A stretch of 64,000 nt of DNA from positions 1,280,001-1,344,000 of the forward strand of contig OY970393.1 of assembly GCA_963720465.1 (NCBI GenBank), read 5' to 3'. The translations under genes and the position numbers were made by a program. This stretch comes from Methanobacteriota archaeon. GTDB taxonomy: Archaea > Halobacteriota > Bog-38 > Methanoflorentales > Methanoflorentaceae. Shown here piece after piece: positions 19,393 through 29,500 of the stretch (its first letter is position 1; each line of letters begins with the position of its first letter). Below the pieces are notes generated by a model, which made no database searches, was not told the DNA's origin, and worked only from the letters and a program-made list of their open reading frames with translations.

Positions 19393-19884
19393 CTATCCTT
19401 TACCAGTATGCTTTTCTTTCTCAGAGTGATTAATAACCTCTATTAGTTTATTAATAAAACCGATTTGTCCTTTTATGATTTTTCTCTTAGCTAGCTCAAT
19501 GTCGAACCAACCAGCTTTGTCGGCCTCTGGAATCTCCTGTATTTTCCCGGAGTTTTTTGGCCACTCATAAGTAATCGTATTACTCACAAAATTCGTTATA
19601 TCGAGATCTTTTTCGAGAGCCCATACGTGTACTATCTTTACGCTGGATTGATGTAACTCTCCCAAATCAATAAACTCGCCATCAACTTCAACTCCTGTTT
19701 CTTCTTTAAATTCTCTTTTTGCCGTGTCCAGGGGATTTTCATTCTCTTCGGGCAGCCCTTTAGGTATCGACCACACGCCATCGTCCTTATTTGCCCAAAA
19801 TGGCCCACCCGGGTGAACAAGCATCACCTTAAGTTTCTCATTCCTGAACCTGAATAAAAGAATGCCGGCGCTAAACGTAGTCAT
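19393..19884 (-). CDS. NUDIX hydrolase (COG4119-like)
   Basis: SAGILL, HPGGPFW, WSIPKG, AKREFKEETG, EWP..SG..PEAD; visibly AT-rich versus neighbours. Confidence 0.92.
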   Translation of the reverse strand: MTTFSAGILLFRFRNEKLKVMLVHPGGPFWANKDDGVWSIPKGLPEENENPLDTAKREFKEETGVEVDGEFIDLGELHQSSVKIVHVWALEKDLDITNFVSNTITYEWPKNSGKIQEIPEADKAGWFDIELAKRKIIKGQIGFINKLIEVINHSEKEKHTGKG

Positions 19885-20179
19885 TTTCTATTTCCCCCAA
19901 GCTCTCTTGCGCTTTGCTAGAGTTAATACCTTAGCACATTTTAATCAAATAGCTTAAGAATCAAAGCTTGCCGGTGCCCAACACTGCATGTAAATATCAT
20001 ATACCGGCTCAGGCCTCGGACTCTTGTAAAATCGCCAATCCACCCCGTTCACACCGTGGGACACCGTTGGTTAATATGTAATTCTTGTTTGATTGATCCG
20101 ACTGTAGTATATGCTGCTCGCAAAATTTCCTTAGATCTCCATTTACGATGCGAGCGCCGCATGTCGGCACTGAAGATTC

Positions 20180-20467
20180 TATACGCGTCTCCCATCCTTG
20201 GTGAAGTTCTCGTTCAAGCTCACTGCATGCTGATCTGGGTGGGATAAAATATCTGGATAAGCGGCGTCAATTGTCGGCCGGAGCTCTCGATGTCTGGGAT
20301 TATGACCATAACGTCCTCTCCCCAAGCTCTTCCCGCGTGTAGCCAAAGAACCTCGCGCCATAATCGTAGATGAATGTGATTATGCCTGCTGGATCGACGG
20401 TGCAGATGATGCTACTTGCAGTCTCCACAAGAGTGCGATATTTCTGCTCGTCTTCTTCAGCTTGGCG
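20180..20467 (-). pseudogene. PAS sensor domain relic
   Basis: EQKYRTLVETASSIICTVDPAGIITFI..GARFFGYTREEL / DVMVIIPDIESSGRQL / ILSHPDQHAVSLNENFTKDGRRV across three frames. Confidence 0.8.
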
Positions 20468-20594
20468 GCTGCCCAGAATGCGAGAGTCAACCGCAGGGCC
20501 TTTGCGGACACATATTTCTAGCCAAAGTAAAGCAACAAACTAGACTCCAGAAACCGCACAAAGCGCGGCATACTTTCTTGCTACCACGTACATC

Positions 20595-20768
20595 ATGAGC
20601 GAAAATGAAATGACGAAAAGACAGGAACGCACAAGCCTTAACGTCAGCGTGGAGATACGCGATATGCTAGTCGAGTTGCTCTACGAGCTGCAAGCAGCGA
20701 AAAAAAGGCAATGCACGCAGGATGACGTTATTCGGTTTTTAGTGGAATTTTATCTCGAGCGAGCGTAG
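20595..20768 (+). CDS. Small ribbon-helix-helix DNA-binding protein (57 aa)
   Basis: MSENEMTKRQERTSLNVSVEIRDMLVELLYELQAAKKRQCTQDDVIRFLVEFYLERA: strand-helix-helix pattern. Confidence 0.7.
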   Translation: MSENEMTKRQERTSLNVSVEIRDMLVELLYELQAAKKRQCTQDDVIRFLVEFYLERA

Positions 20769-21176
20769 TTGAAAGCAATTAACACCATCGCAGTGGAAGC
20801 TATGCTTACGCCACAACCATCAGAGAAAACTGTCGCGAGCTGGGTGCAGGGGTTCTATTCCCAAGAAGCGCGTAATTCATGATCGCTTTTTTCTGACACC
20901 TCACTGTAGTTTGACTTTCGCACGTACTTGACCCGCGATCAACCGTTTAAAACGCAGTTGTCTTGTAGCTTCTACTGTTTCTGTCGTATAACATAGGTAA
21001 GTGGGGGCTGTGGCTTTTGACCTCTCGTACTTGGTAAGATTTAACCCAAAGCCTAGCTCCTGCGGTAACTCTTATGTCGCACTGTCAAAACTCAAGCTTG
21101 CAACACCACGACGGCTTCTCCTTACGGGCAGTGGTGTCGCAAACTGCCGCGGTCCGTTCATGGCCGCGGCTCAAGC

Positions 21177-21551
21177 TTGACCCTTGAACTAAAACTAAGC
21201 GAAATGATAACTCAAGAAGAGTTAGAGGTTAAGCCTGCCGATGAAGCGTTTTTAGCGTCCGATCCGCTCTATCGCGAGTACAAGGAAGCGCAGATGCGTG
21301 TTCCGAAGTACAAGCAGCTTGGCGTGAAGCTGTACGTCTTGCTGCGCGACGAACAGCTGGAGTTCCTCGCCAAGCTGACACGAGACATCATGAAGAACAG
21401 GACGTCTGAATATAAGACCGAGCGAATTACAAAGAATACAATCTTGAGAGCGCTTATCGACAACTTGAAAGAGCTTGAGTTGGACGTCCGAAACATCCCG
21501 GATGAAGCTGAGCTTGCCAAGCGGATCTCTGAGGCGATAAGAGCCAAATAG
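21177..21551 (+). CDS. Hypothetical protein resembling RHH-type ParA-partner proteins
   Basis: KLYVLLRDEQLEFL..ERITKNTILRALID; start uncertain (TTG 21177 or a later ATG). Confidence 0.55.
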   Translation: MTLELKLSEMITQEELEVKPADEAFLASDPLYREYKEAQMRVPKYKQLGVKLYVLLRDEQLEFLAKLTRDIMKNRTSEYKTERITKNTILRALIDNLKELELDVRNIPDEAELAKRISEAIRAK

Positions 21552-21943
21552 GTCTGGCCTACAGACACAAGAAAGGTACAATCGTGTGGCTAAAAACGAA
21601 AATTGGGAAACACGTTAACGTAAAGAGTACGCAAGAGAGTGCCGAGTGGGACGGGGCCCTCGTCGAGGTTGGCTCCGCTGGTTTGACCATAATGATATTA
21701 AGACCGGCTTGACGTTCATCCCCCTGCATAGCATTTTTGCCGTGCACGTTTTGGAGACGTGAAACGTTTCGCAGGCTGAAGCTTGTAATTTTTAGGCGTT
21801 TTGGCGCTAGTCACGAGACAGCATACAATAAGGACTCCGCTTCGCCAACCGGTTGAGCTGATGATGCATGCCAGTAGTATGGCGCAACAGGTCATCGTGG
21901 CCTTGAGTAGGCGAGCTATGAACGCGGGAAAGGACGGGTGGCG

Positions 21944-23239
21944 CTAAGTGAACGTAAACGAACCTATTGCCTTGTGCACTTGTGACAGGTACGTGTCAAA
22001 GTCTTTCGGCATCGCCTCGTAAGTAACCACGTATCCTTTTCCGTTCTTGATAACAAGAATCTGCATCGCCTTGATTTGGGTATCGACGAGCTGAACGGGA
22101 ATGGTCGCTTGCCAGATCACGTTGCAGGCGCGCTGATCGGCGAATGTAATGCTCTCACTTGAGATAAGTGCGAAATCTCTGAGATTCGTCAGATTCTCGA
22201 GGTTAGCGTTGATGAAATCGTCAAACGTCGCGTCTGATGCTAGGTCGGCCGCCTCGACACTGACGGCGCCCACGTTGGCGTGAGCCGCATATATGTAGAG
22301 TTTCACGGACACGGATGGATCGGTCGTATCGATCATCCATTCTCCGGGATAGCTAATGCTGAATCCCGCATCGCTTGAGAACGTCATCTGGTGTTCGCCC
22401 GCCTGCCTCGCCGGTAGAGCCTCGCCTCCCAGCAGAGTGAGCATCCGCAACAGTGCGTAGTTGGTCAGGGGTCCGGTATAGTGCAGTATATAGCGCACTC
22501 TGGAAAAAAACAAATTTTGGAGCAATTCATCGGTCTGTAGGTCTGCCACGGTGAAGGGGCCGTATGTCCTAAGGACGTTATTAATCGCCCCGAGCAATCT
22601 CAGAATGCAGTAGTATGTGCACACTGCGAGCGTATCCGAAGAAAGGTAATCACGATCGAGTTGCCTGCAGATGGCCTCAATATCGTTCAGGTCACGGGCC
22701 GACAAAAAGCAGTCTCTCAGGAAGTATTCCTCGCCGTGAATTCTTAGCCCTATTTCTTGCCATTCGAGGAGGTCTCCAAGGCTATTTCCTCTGGCTTTGA
22801 GTTCTTCTGCCACGTCTGCCATCTCAGGTCGTTCAATCACGTCTCGTATCATCTTTCCCAGCGTTGAATGGTCAAAGATGACGGCAAAGAAGAAGCTGGC
22901 GCCCCCGTAATCACGGAACCCTAATTCTGATTCTTCATCGGAAATGATTCCCGTGTATATGTCCTGCATTCTTGCTGAGGGTATCGTCACGCCCCCGGAA
23001 TATGGCGCGCTCCCCGGTTTTGAGGGCAAGAAACGACGCAGGAGCGTTTGTATCTGTGGCCGATCTAATGCGATCGCCCTAAGGATGTGCGAACGCACGT
23101 AGATATGTGCAAAATCAAAGAGCTCTTCTATCCTGTTCTCTTTTTTCCATTTATCAACGAAATACGAGCTTTCAGGTCCGAGCAGTGGGATCTGAGGCAC
23201 AATCGTTATGTCCCGCGGCCCTTGCATTTTCTGGGTCAT
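21944..23239 (-). CDS. Hypothetical protein with C-terminal PsbP/Mog1p-like domain
   Basis: Last ~150 aa: GFSISYPGEW..KNGKGYVVTY..FDTY..IGSFTF; N-terminal ~280 aa unrecognised. Confidence 0.7.
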   Translation of the reverse strand: MTQKMQGPRDITIVPQIPLLGPESSYFVDKWKKENRIEELFDFAHIYVRSHILRAIALDRPQIQTLLRRFLPSKPGSAPYSGGVTIPSARMQDIYTGIISDEESELGFRDYGGASFFFAVIFDHSTLGKMIRDVIERPEMADVAEELKARGNSLGDLLEWQEIGLRIHGEEYFLRDCFLSARDLNDIEAICRQLDRDYLSSDTLAVCTYYCILRLLGAINNVLRTYGPFTVADLQTDELLQNLFFSRVRYILHYTGPLTNYALLRMLTLLGGEALPARQAGEHQMTFSSDAGFSISYPGEWMIDTTDPSVSVKLYIYAAHANVGAVSVEAADLASDATFDDFINANLENLTNLRDFALISSESITFADQRACNVIWQATIPVQLVDTQIKAMQILVIKNGKGYVVTYEAMPKDFDTYLSQVHKAIGSFTFT

Positions 23240-23406
23240 CGTCGGCCTTTACCATCCTTTTTGTCCAAGCATCCAGCATTGCCCGATGGTTCGCTCGTGC
23301 AATCTTAATGGACTGGTCGGGGCTCATCGATTCGTGCCCGAGGACTGCCAATGTCTCCGGCTATCAACAGCGGCAGATTACGTTCGCTTTAGCGAGGCAA
23401 GCCATC

Positions 23407-24078
23407 TCAATATCCGAGCGACTCGTCGATGAGTATGAGGGTCACTCGGCCCTCGGTCGCCTCATTTGCAAGAATCACCCATTTTCCGAGCTGACTTGGC
23501 GTTCCGTACGCTTTTTTCGCACGGACATTTTCTAGGGGATACGCGTACTCGCGGACTCGGCGCAGTGCGTGGCCAAGTGCTGGGACAATTTTGTTCGTGC
23601 CGCTGACGAGTATCAGGTGACCTGCTGCAAATGCCCACGCCCCTACGCGACTTCCTGACTCGTCGCACGCGACAATTTCGCCTGACTGCACGATGGCGTT
23701 CACGCCGGAGACGAAGTAATCAGCAGTAACCGATTTTCTTCGTATCTCATGCCTCTTTTGTTCGTCGTTCTCTGCGATGATCGCGCGATGGAGATCGTTC
23801 CATCGTGATCTGTCGCTGTTAACGTATTCATCGTAGCCGATCTCGAGCAGCGTAGTGGAGGCGCCACTCATGACCTCGGCTCCAGGTGGAATCAGGTCTT
23901 TGAGCGTTTCGAGCGCAATCTCGCCACTGTGTGCTCGAATTACTGCCATGCCACGCCGTTGGATATTTTCGACGACCTGCGCCACTATACTGGCCGACGG
24001 CTGCTGATTCCACTTGTCAGAGTCAACTTGAGCCTCGGCGAAAAGGTTTGGCGCGCTGTATTGAGTAAGCCTTCTCAT
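23407..24078 (-). CDS. LUD-domain (lactate utilisation/DUF1121-like) protein
   Basis: GASTTL.EIG, DYFVSGVNAI..GE, SGSRV, GTNKIVP, LIDESLGY. Confidence 0.85.
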   Translation of the reverse strand: MRRLTQYSAPNLFAEAQVDSDKWNQQPSASIVAQVVENIQRRGMAVIRAHSGEIALETLKDLIPPGAEVMSGASTTLLEIGYDEYVNSDRSRWNDLHRAIIAENDEQKRHEIRRKSVTADYFVSGVNAIVQSGEIVACDESGSRVGAWAFAAGHLILVSGTNKIVPALGHALRRVREYAYPLENVRAKKAYGTPSQLGKWVILANEATEGRVTLILIDESLGY

Positions 24079-24222
24079 TCTTTCACCCCATAAACGCTGC
24101 GGATCTTTTTCTTTAGGTCTTCTTTAAAAAAGGACTTTCTCGGGCAAAGATTACCTACTTTTTGTCGTAAGCAGTCCTTGCTCGAGCGAGGCAGACAGCA
24201 GATAGGGCGCTGTAAGCAGAGC

Positions 24223-24438
24223 TTACATCTTTTCTATCCACGTTTTCATCATCTTAAGGGTCTCGAGTTTGTGCTCCAAGAGCTTGATCTTAAGCTCTTT
24301 CTTCAGGATGCGCTCATCAAGCGTTCGTGTGGCGAGCATCTTCTTCGCATTGTCGTCGAGCTTCTCCCACATCATCATCCCTCTTCCTTTTCCCATGCCG
24401 TGTCCCATTCCTGGCCCACTTTCAGGATCTTCCCACAT
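24223..24438 (-). CDS. Small Met/Gly-rich coiled-coil hypothetical protein
   Basis: 71 aa, AGGAG RBS upstream, amphipathic helix. Confidence 0.7.
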   Translation of the reverse strand: MWEDPESGPGMGHGMGKGRGMMMWEKLDDNAKKMLATRTLDERILKKELKIKLLEHKLETLKMMKTWIEKM

Positions 24439-24689
24439 TGTATTTCAACTCCTTATCGACGCGCTTGAGAGCGCGCCAAAAAAGCATTCTGATTGATGTA
24501 AATACGCATTTCCCATTTTTTTGTCGGGAGACCCCGCCATTTTTGCATTTTTTCACGGCTTAAATGGAGGCTGCAGGTTTAAGGATCGTTATAAGGTGGC
24601 GTAAGCGCCAATCTTCCAATTCGCCGTTTACACGTAGGCCGATTTCTCGAGGCGCAGGCGCAAATGCTTTTCTCTAGCTGCAGCGAATT

Positions 24690-24881
24690 TCAGCGTGTTC
24701 GACGTAATAGGCGCCGCAGCCAGAGCAGAAATTTTCTCTCTCGTTTAGCGGGGGCGACCTCGAGTCTTTTGCCGCAGTTCTGACAGAACTTCGTCTCTTC
24801 AGCATACGCGACGCCACATGCTGGACAGATGTTCTTATCTAGATCCAACGCAATTTCGGCGTCGCGCAAGCTATCGTCCAA
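24690..24881 (-). CDS. Small zinc-ribbon protein
   Basis: CPACG..KFCQNCG; GGAGGTGAGG RBS. Confidence 0.7.
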   Translation of the reverse strand: MDDSLRDAEIALDLDKNICPACGVAYAEETKFCQNCGKRLEVAPAKRERKFLLWLRRLLRRTR

Positions 24882-26205
24882 CGCACCTCACCTCCACAAA
24901 CATTAGCACCATCGCTGACTTGTCCATTGCACGAAAGCAGGCTTGGGTAGTCATCCGACATCAGCGCGAATTTTGTCCGTAAACTGGTATAAGTGCCGAC
25001 AAAAAGTCTTTGTCGCTTTATCGCGTGACCTTCTTATCAGCATCTCTGTATCGAGGGTATCGTTAGATGGTTCCGCAGCCACGGCTTCAAACAAATGTGT
25101 GCTGACCACAAAGTATCAGCGACGAGATCGGACCGTTCGCATAATCTCTCGTCAACTTTGCACCAGTGTTTTCGAAGCCATTGCAGGTTTTACAACGCTT
25201 TGGGCGTTATTTTTTAAAAGAGCGCCCCGCTCTGAGCTCCCTACTTTTATATTGAAAGAAAATACTGATAAACGCGCATAAGGCAGCTGTAGGAGAGATG
25301 TAGGTTCTGTTGACGTGACACCTCACGCGCTTGACCTCATACTCATAGCAGCGCCTTATGCCTCGACCGAGCGGATCTTCGCGTGTTTCATTCGCCCGGC
25401 ACGCATTTTTGCGCCAGTCGTCACCAAATGCCAGAAACATTTATGCTCTTTAACGGGTCTTTGTTGCAACTCCACGTATTTCATCTCTGAGGCAGTGGTG
25501 GAGCAGACTGCTTGGGTCGTTGAGAGTCAGCCCAGGCTTCACGTTTTTTAGCCGCATGAGATCGTCAACATAGGATTCCTGACAAAGCAGTGTGCGGTGT
25601 GTGTGTTTGATTCCTTTAACGAGAGGGGCCAGGTGATGATCCCACAGTCTTCTTCAAGCCTCCCGGCGACGTCTAACGTCTCTAAGAATCCGCGACTAAT
25701 CGGTGAGATCTCGACGAAGTAGAGGTTTTGGTATCGTTGGTGCTAATTCGCAGCGTCCGAAACCCCTGCCTGTCAGCTGTGCGTATGGTCCCGCTCGTGG
25801 CAGTGTCGATGAATATCTGGTTCGACGCCCTAGGGGGCGAAAAGCTGCTGTCGTTGCATGTATAACAAGACGCATCTAAGGCTATTAACCGCCCCGCGTA
25901 TACTTCTAAAAAAGTAACACGATCTTATTTGAACCAAACATCGACCAATGCCCGGAGCGGTTTCACAGCCTTAGAAATACTAACCCGAGGCAAGCCGTAG
26001 TATAACTAAAGCCCTATTTGAAACTTTATTACAAATTTAGTACGTTACGGCGGTTTTTTCGCAGAGGTAAGCTCCGTAGCGATGGCAAAGCAGTAGAGGA
26101 AGGATGCTTATTGGGTTCAGATCGTTTGGGATATAACCGTTAACGTATCAAGGGAGAGCAAAGGGGCTGTCGTACTAGCCTAAACCACTTGATGAGGGGA
26201 TTTTC

Positions 26206-26426
26206 GTGACGGTTCCGATTACTTCAGAAAACGTGGTGAGATGTCTCTGCTGCACAACGTGCCCAACGTTCCAGCTTACCCTTGCAGTGGGTGGCTTCAT
26301 TGTGCAACTGGCAAGAGCAAGAAGCCTCCTGAAATGCTGGGATGCGGCTGCCGTAAGTGCCCAGTCTAAGTACAGTACGCGTTGACTGGAGGCTACTACT
26401 GCATTCACGGCACCGCCGAGTCGTGA
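26206..26426 (+). pseudogene. DUF2769-like cysteine-rich protein, disrupted
   Basis: VTVPITSENVVRCLCCTTCPTF / WLHCATGKS..GCGCRKCPV*VQYALTGGYYCIHG; frameshift near 26275 and TAA 26367-69; GAGGGG RBS. Confidence 0.75.
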
Positions 26427-26539
26427 CCCAAAGTCGGCCCCTGTTAATCAATTGGTCACGACTCACAGATGGGAAAAAAAGGGCCCATTAAAGTCCTGCG
26501 CGGTCCGTCTCTAGTCAAGACCGGACTGGATAAACGCTC

Positions 26540-29500
26540 TCATCCACACTTGTTAGGCAAAGTAACGGTGAATGTCGTCCCTTTTCCCTCGCTACTTTCA
26601 AACGTGACCGTCCCGCTGTGGGCGTCAACAACGCGTTTCACCACTGCTAACCCCAAGCCAGTACCCTTCGCCTTGCCAGTGGACAAGGGCATGAACAGTT
26701 TACCCTTCATCTCTTCAGGAATTCCCACGCCAGTATCGTGAACACTAATCGCAACAGAGTCGTCGAAGCGAGAGGCGCTGATGGTCAGCGTTCCGCCCTC
26801 GGGCATCGCCTGTATCGCGTTCAGAACAAGGTTGGCGAAGACGCGGTGCATCAGGTGTGGGTCAGCCATCACCGCAAGATCGCTCACGTCGGAAATGATC
26901 GTCACGTGGTCGGTGTGCGGGAGTGACGCGAGGACGTCGTTGATAACAGTGCTGACTCCCACGACTTCGCGTTGAAGAGCAATAGGCCGGGCGAAATCCT
27001 GCAAATCCGCGACGATCTTGTCCATATAGAAGACTTGCTCGCTGATACGATTGAAGAGTCCCTCCTCCTGCTTCCAGTCGGCAGCACTTCGCTTTTCCGG
27101 GGGGACTCGCTCGAACCGCAGCTTCTGCAGGTCGACGATGTACTGGAGTCCTTGCAGCGGGTTGCGGAGGTCGTGCCCGATTATCGCGGCGGTCTCTCCA
27201 ATGCCTGCTAAACGTTCGGCATCCTTAAGTTGAGCGGTGCGCTCCGCCACGATAGCTTCGAGATGACCTGAGTGGCGTTGCAGCTCTTCTTCTGCGCGTT
27301 TCCGGTCGGTGATATCCCGTGCCGCAGCAAACACCCCCTGAATCTCGCCGGCTTCGTTTTGGTACACAGTTGCGTTGTACAGCACGTCGGTCACCCGGCC
27401 AGACGAGTGACGAATGGCTAGCGGGTAATCTCTTACGAGGCCATAGGTAAAGACCTGTTTGTAACCCGCTCTCGCCTTTTCAGGTTCAGTGAAATAGTTA
27501 CTGAAGTCACTGCCGATCAGCTCGTCGCGTGAGCAGCCAGTCACGTCCTCGGTCGCTTTGTTGACGTCGGTGATCATTCCTTCTGCGCTGATGGTGACAA
27601 GGGGGTCAAGGCTCGCCTCGATGAGGTTCCGTGCATAGCGTGAGGAGTCGCGCAATTGTGCCTCTTTCTCCCGCTGCTCTGTGACATCGTTATTGATCTC
27701 AAGCGTAGCGACGGGCGCACCGTCAGGAGCATGCTGAAGCGTCATATGGCTCTCAACGATCACGGTTTTGCCCGCCCTCGTGACGTGGGTAAGCTCTCCT
27801 TCCCATCGTCCTCGTTTGGTGAGTGCGGATCTAATCCGTTTGATAGGCTCAGGGAAAGTCGTGCCGAGCAAAGAATGAATCGCTTTGCCGATCGCCTCAT
27901 CGCGTTTCCACCCGTAGAGTTGTTCGGCACCGTGGTTCCAGTACGTGATCTGGCCGTCAACGTCCCACATCACGATCGCATCCCGGGCGCCGTCCAGCAT
28001 GGTGGCACGCTGCTCGGCGCGCGATTTTGCTGTAACCTTTGCTACTGCTGTCCCCAACTCTCGCCCGATTGCAGCAAACAGCTCGCGTTCTTCAGGCGAA
28101 AACCACCTACGTTCGGTGGCATACAAGGCAAGCCTACCGATCATCGCGCCTTCTGAAACGAGTGGGATGCCGACCACCGCGCCTCTTTGACCGAAACGGT
28201 AGCATGCCAAATCAGATGGCGCCTCATCGAGCACTACTAGCTCGTGCGTCCGGTACACAGCGCTTGTATGAAGATCGGCGGCAACGTGCGGGCTATCAAC
28301 AGCATCGACAACCTCTGGAGGAGTATTGTATGCGTAACGCACGTCGAGATGTCCTGTGTCAGTCTGAATAGCAACCCAGCCGCTCTCGAACCCTAACAGC
28401 TGAATAGCGGTAATGACGGAGCTCTCATAGAGTGTAGGGAGATCTTGAGCGTCGTTGATGACGTGGATGATCTCGTTAAGGACGGCGGAGTAGGTTGCTC
28501 GAGCTTTCGCCGTTTCTTCCGCCTGCATCCTAGCAATCACCGTGCCTGCTTGTTGCCCGAGCGCGACTAAGAGTTCCTTTTCGGCGGCTGAGAAGTGATG
28601 CGGCGATGTGCCCAACACAACGTAATGACCGATGACAGCCTCTTTAGAGGTTAGCGGGATATGGGCCGCGGCGGCGCTAGCATGGTAGGGGGGCGAAGAG
28701 CCGGTTGGACTGGCATCGACAAACTCAGCTTCGCCTTGATAAATACGAGCGACGTGCGCGCTGCCGCAGGGGATCGTCTGCAGGATCTCGGGTGATGCTG
28801 GAGATGCATAGTGAAGTTCAGCTGCGTCTCCCTCCGTGTCGAGCAGATAGACGGCACCTCCATCAAACCCAAGCAGCGCCACGGCGTTATCGAGCATCGA
28901 ACCAAGGGCAGACCGGAGGTCGTGAGACTCGTTCCCTGCTTTGATGACGCGGTTAATAATCTCCTGCTGGCGAGCGTAACCTTCAGCCTCTTCTTCTGCT
29001 TTGAGACGTCTGCGCACTTCCGTGCTGAGCCTCTTATTGATACTCCGCAGCTCCTGGTTCGTTGACGTTAGTTCAGTCGTTCGCTCTTGCACCCTCCGTT
29101 CGAGCGTTTCGTTGGCGACGCTGAGCTCTTCGATGGCCCCGTAGAGCTCCTCGTTGAGCGACTGCACCTCGGCACGCGACTGCCATAGCGCGTCCTCTGC
29201 TTCCCTTCGACCGGTGACGTCCGAGCCGAAGACGTTCACGCCCTCCTCAGGTACCGGCACAACGCGCAGTTGGAACACACCGGATGCGGCTACGACATCA
29301 TCGGTGAGCGTTTGTCCGCGCGTGTAAGCCCCATTCACGCGGGTCATCCAGTGAATAGGAACGACATCACTGCGGAGATCGAGCGCTTCAAGGAGTCGTT
29401 TGGCTGCTTCGTTTGCATAGAGGAGCTGTCCAGTAGAGGCGATACGGAGCACCGGATCAGGATTGTCTTGAGGGAATCGAGCGATGCTCTCTCGCTCTTC

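Noticed and set aside
21559-21747. AGLNIIMVKPAEP resembles a receiver-domain C-terminus
   Set aside because: Too short to support.
24900-26200. 1.3 kb without credible genes
   Set aside because: No translation was recognisable; probably eroded DNA.
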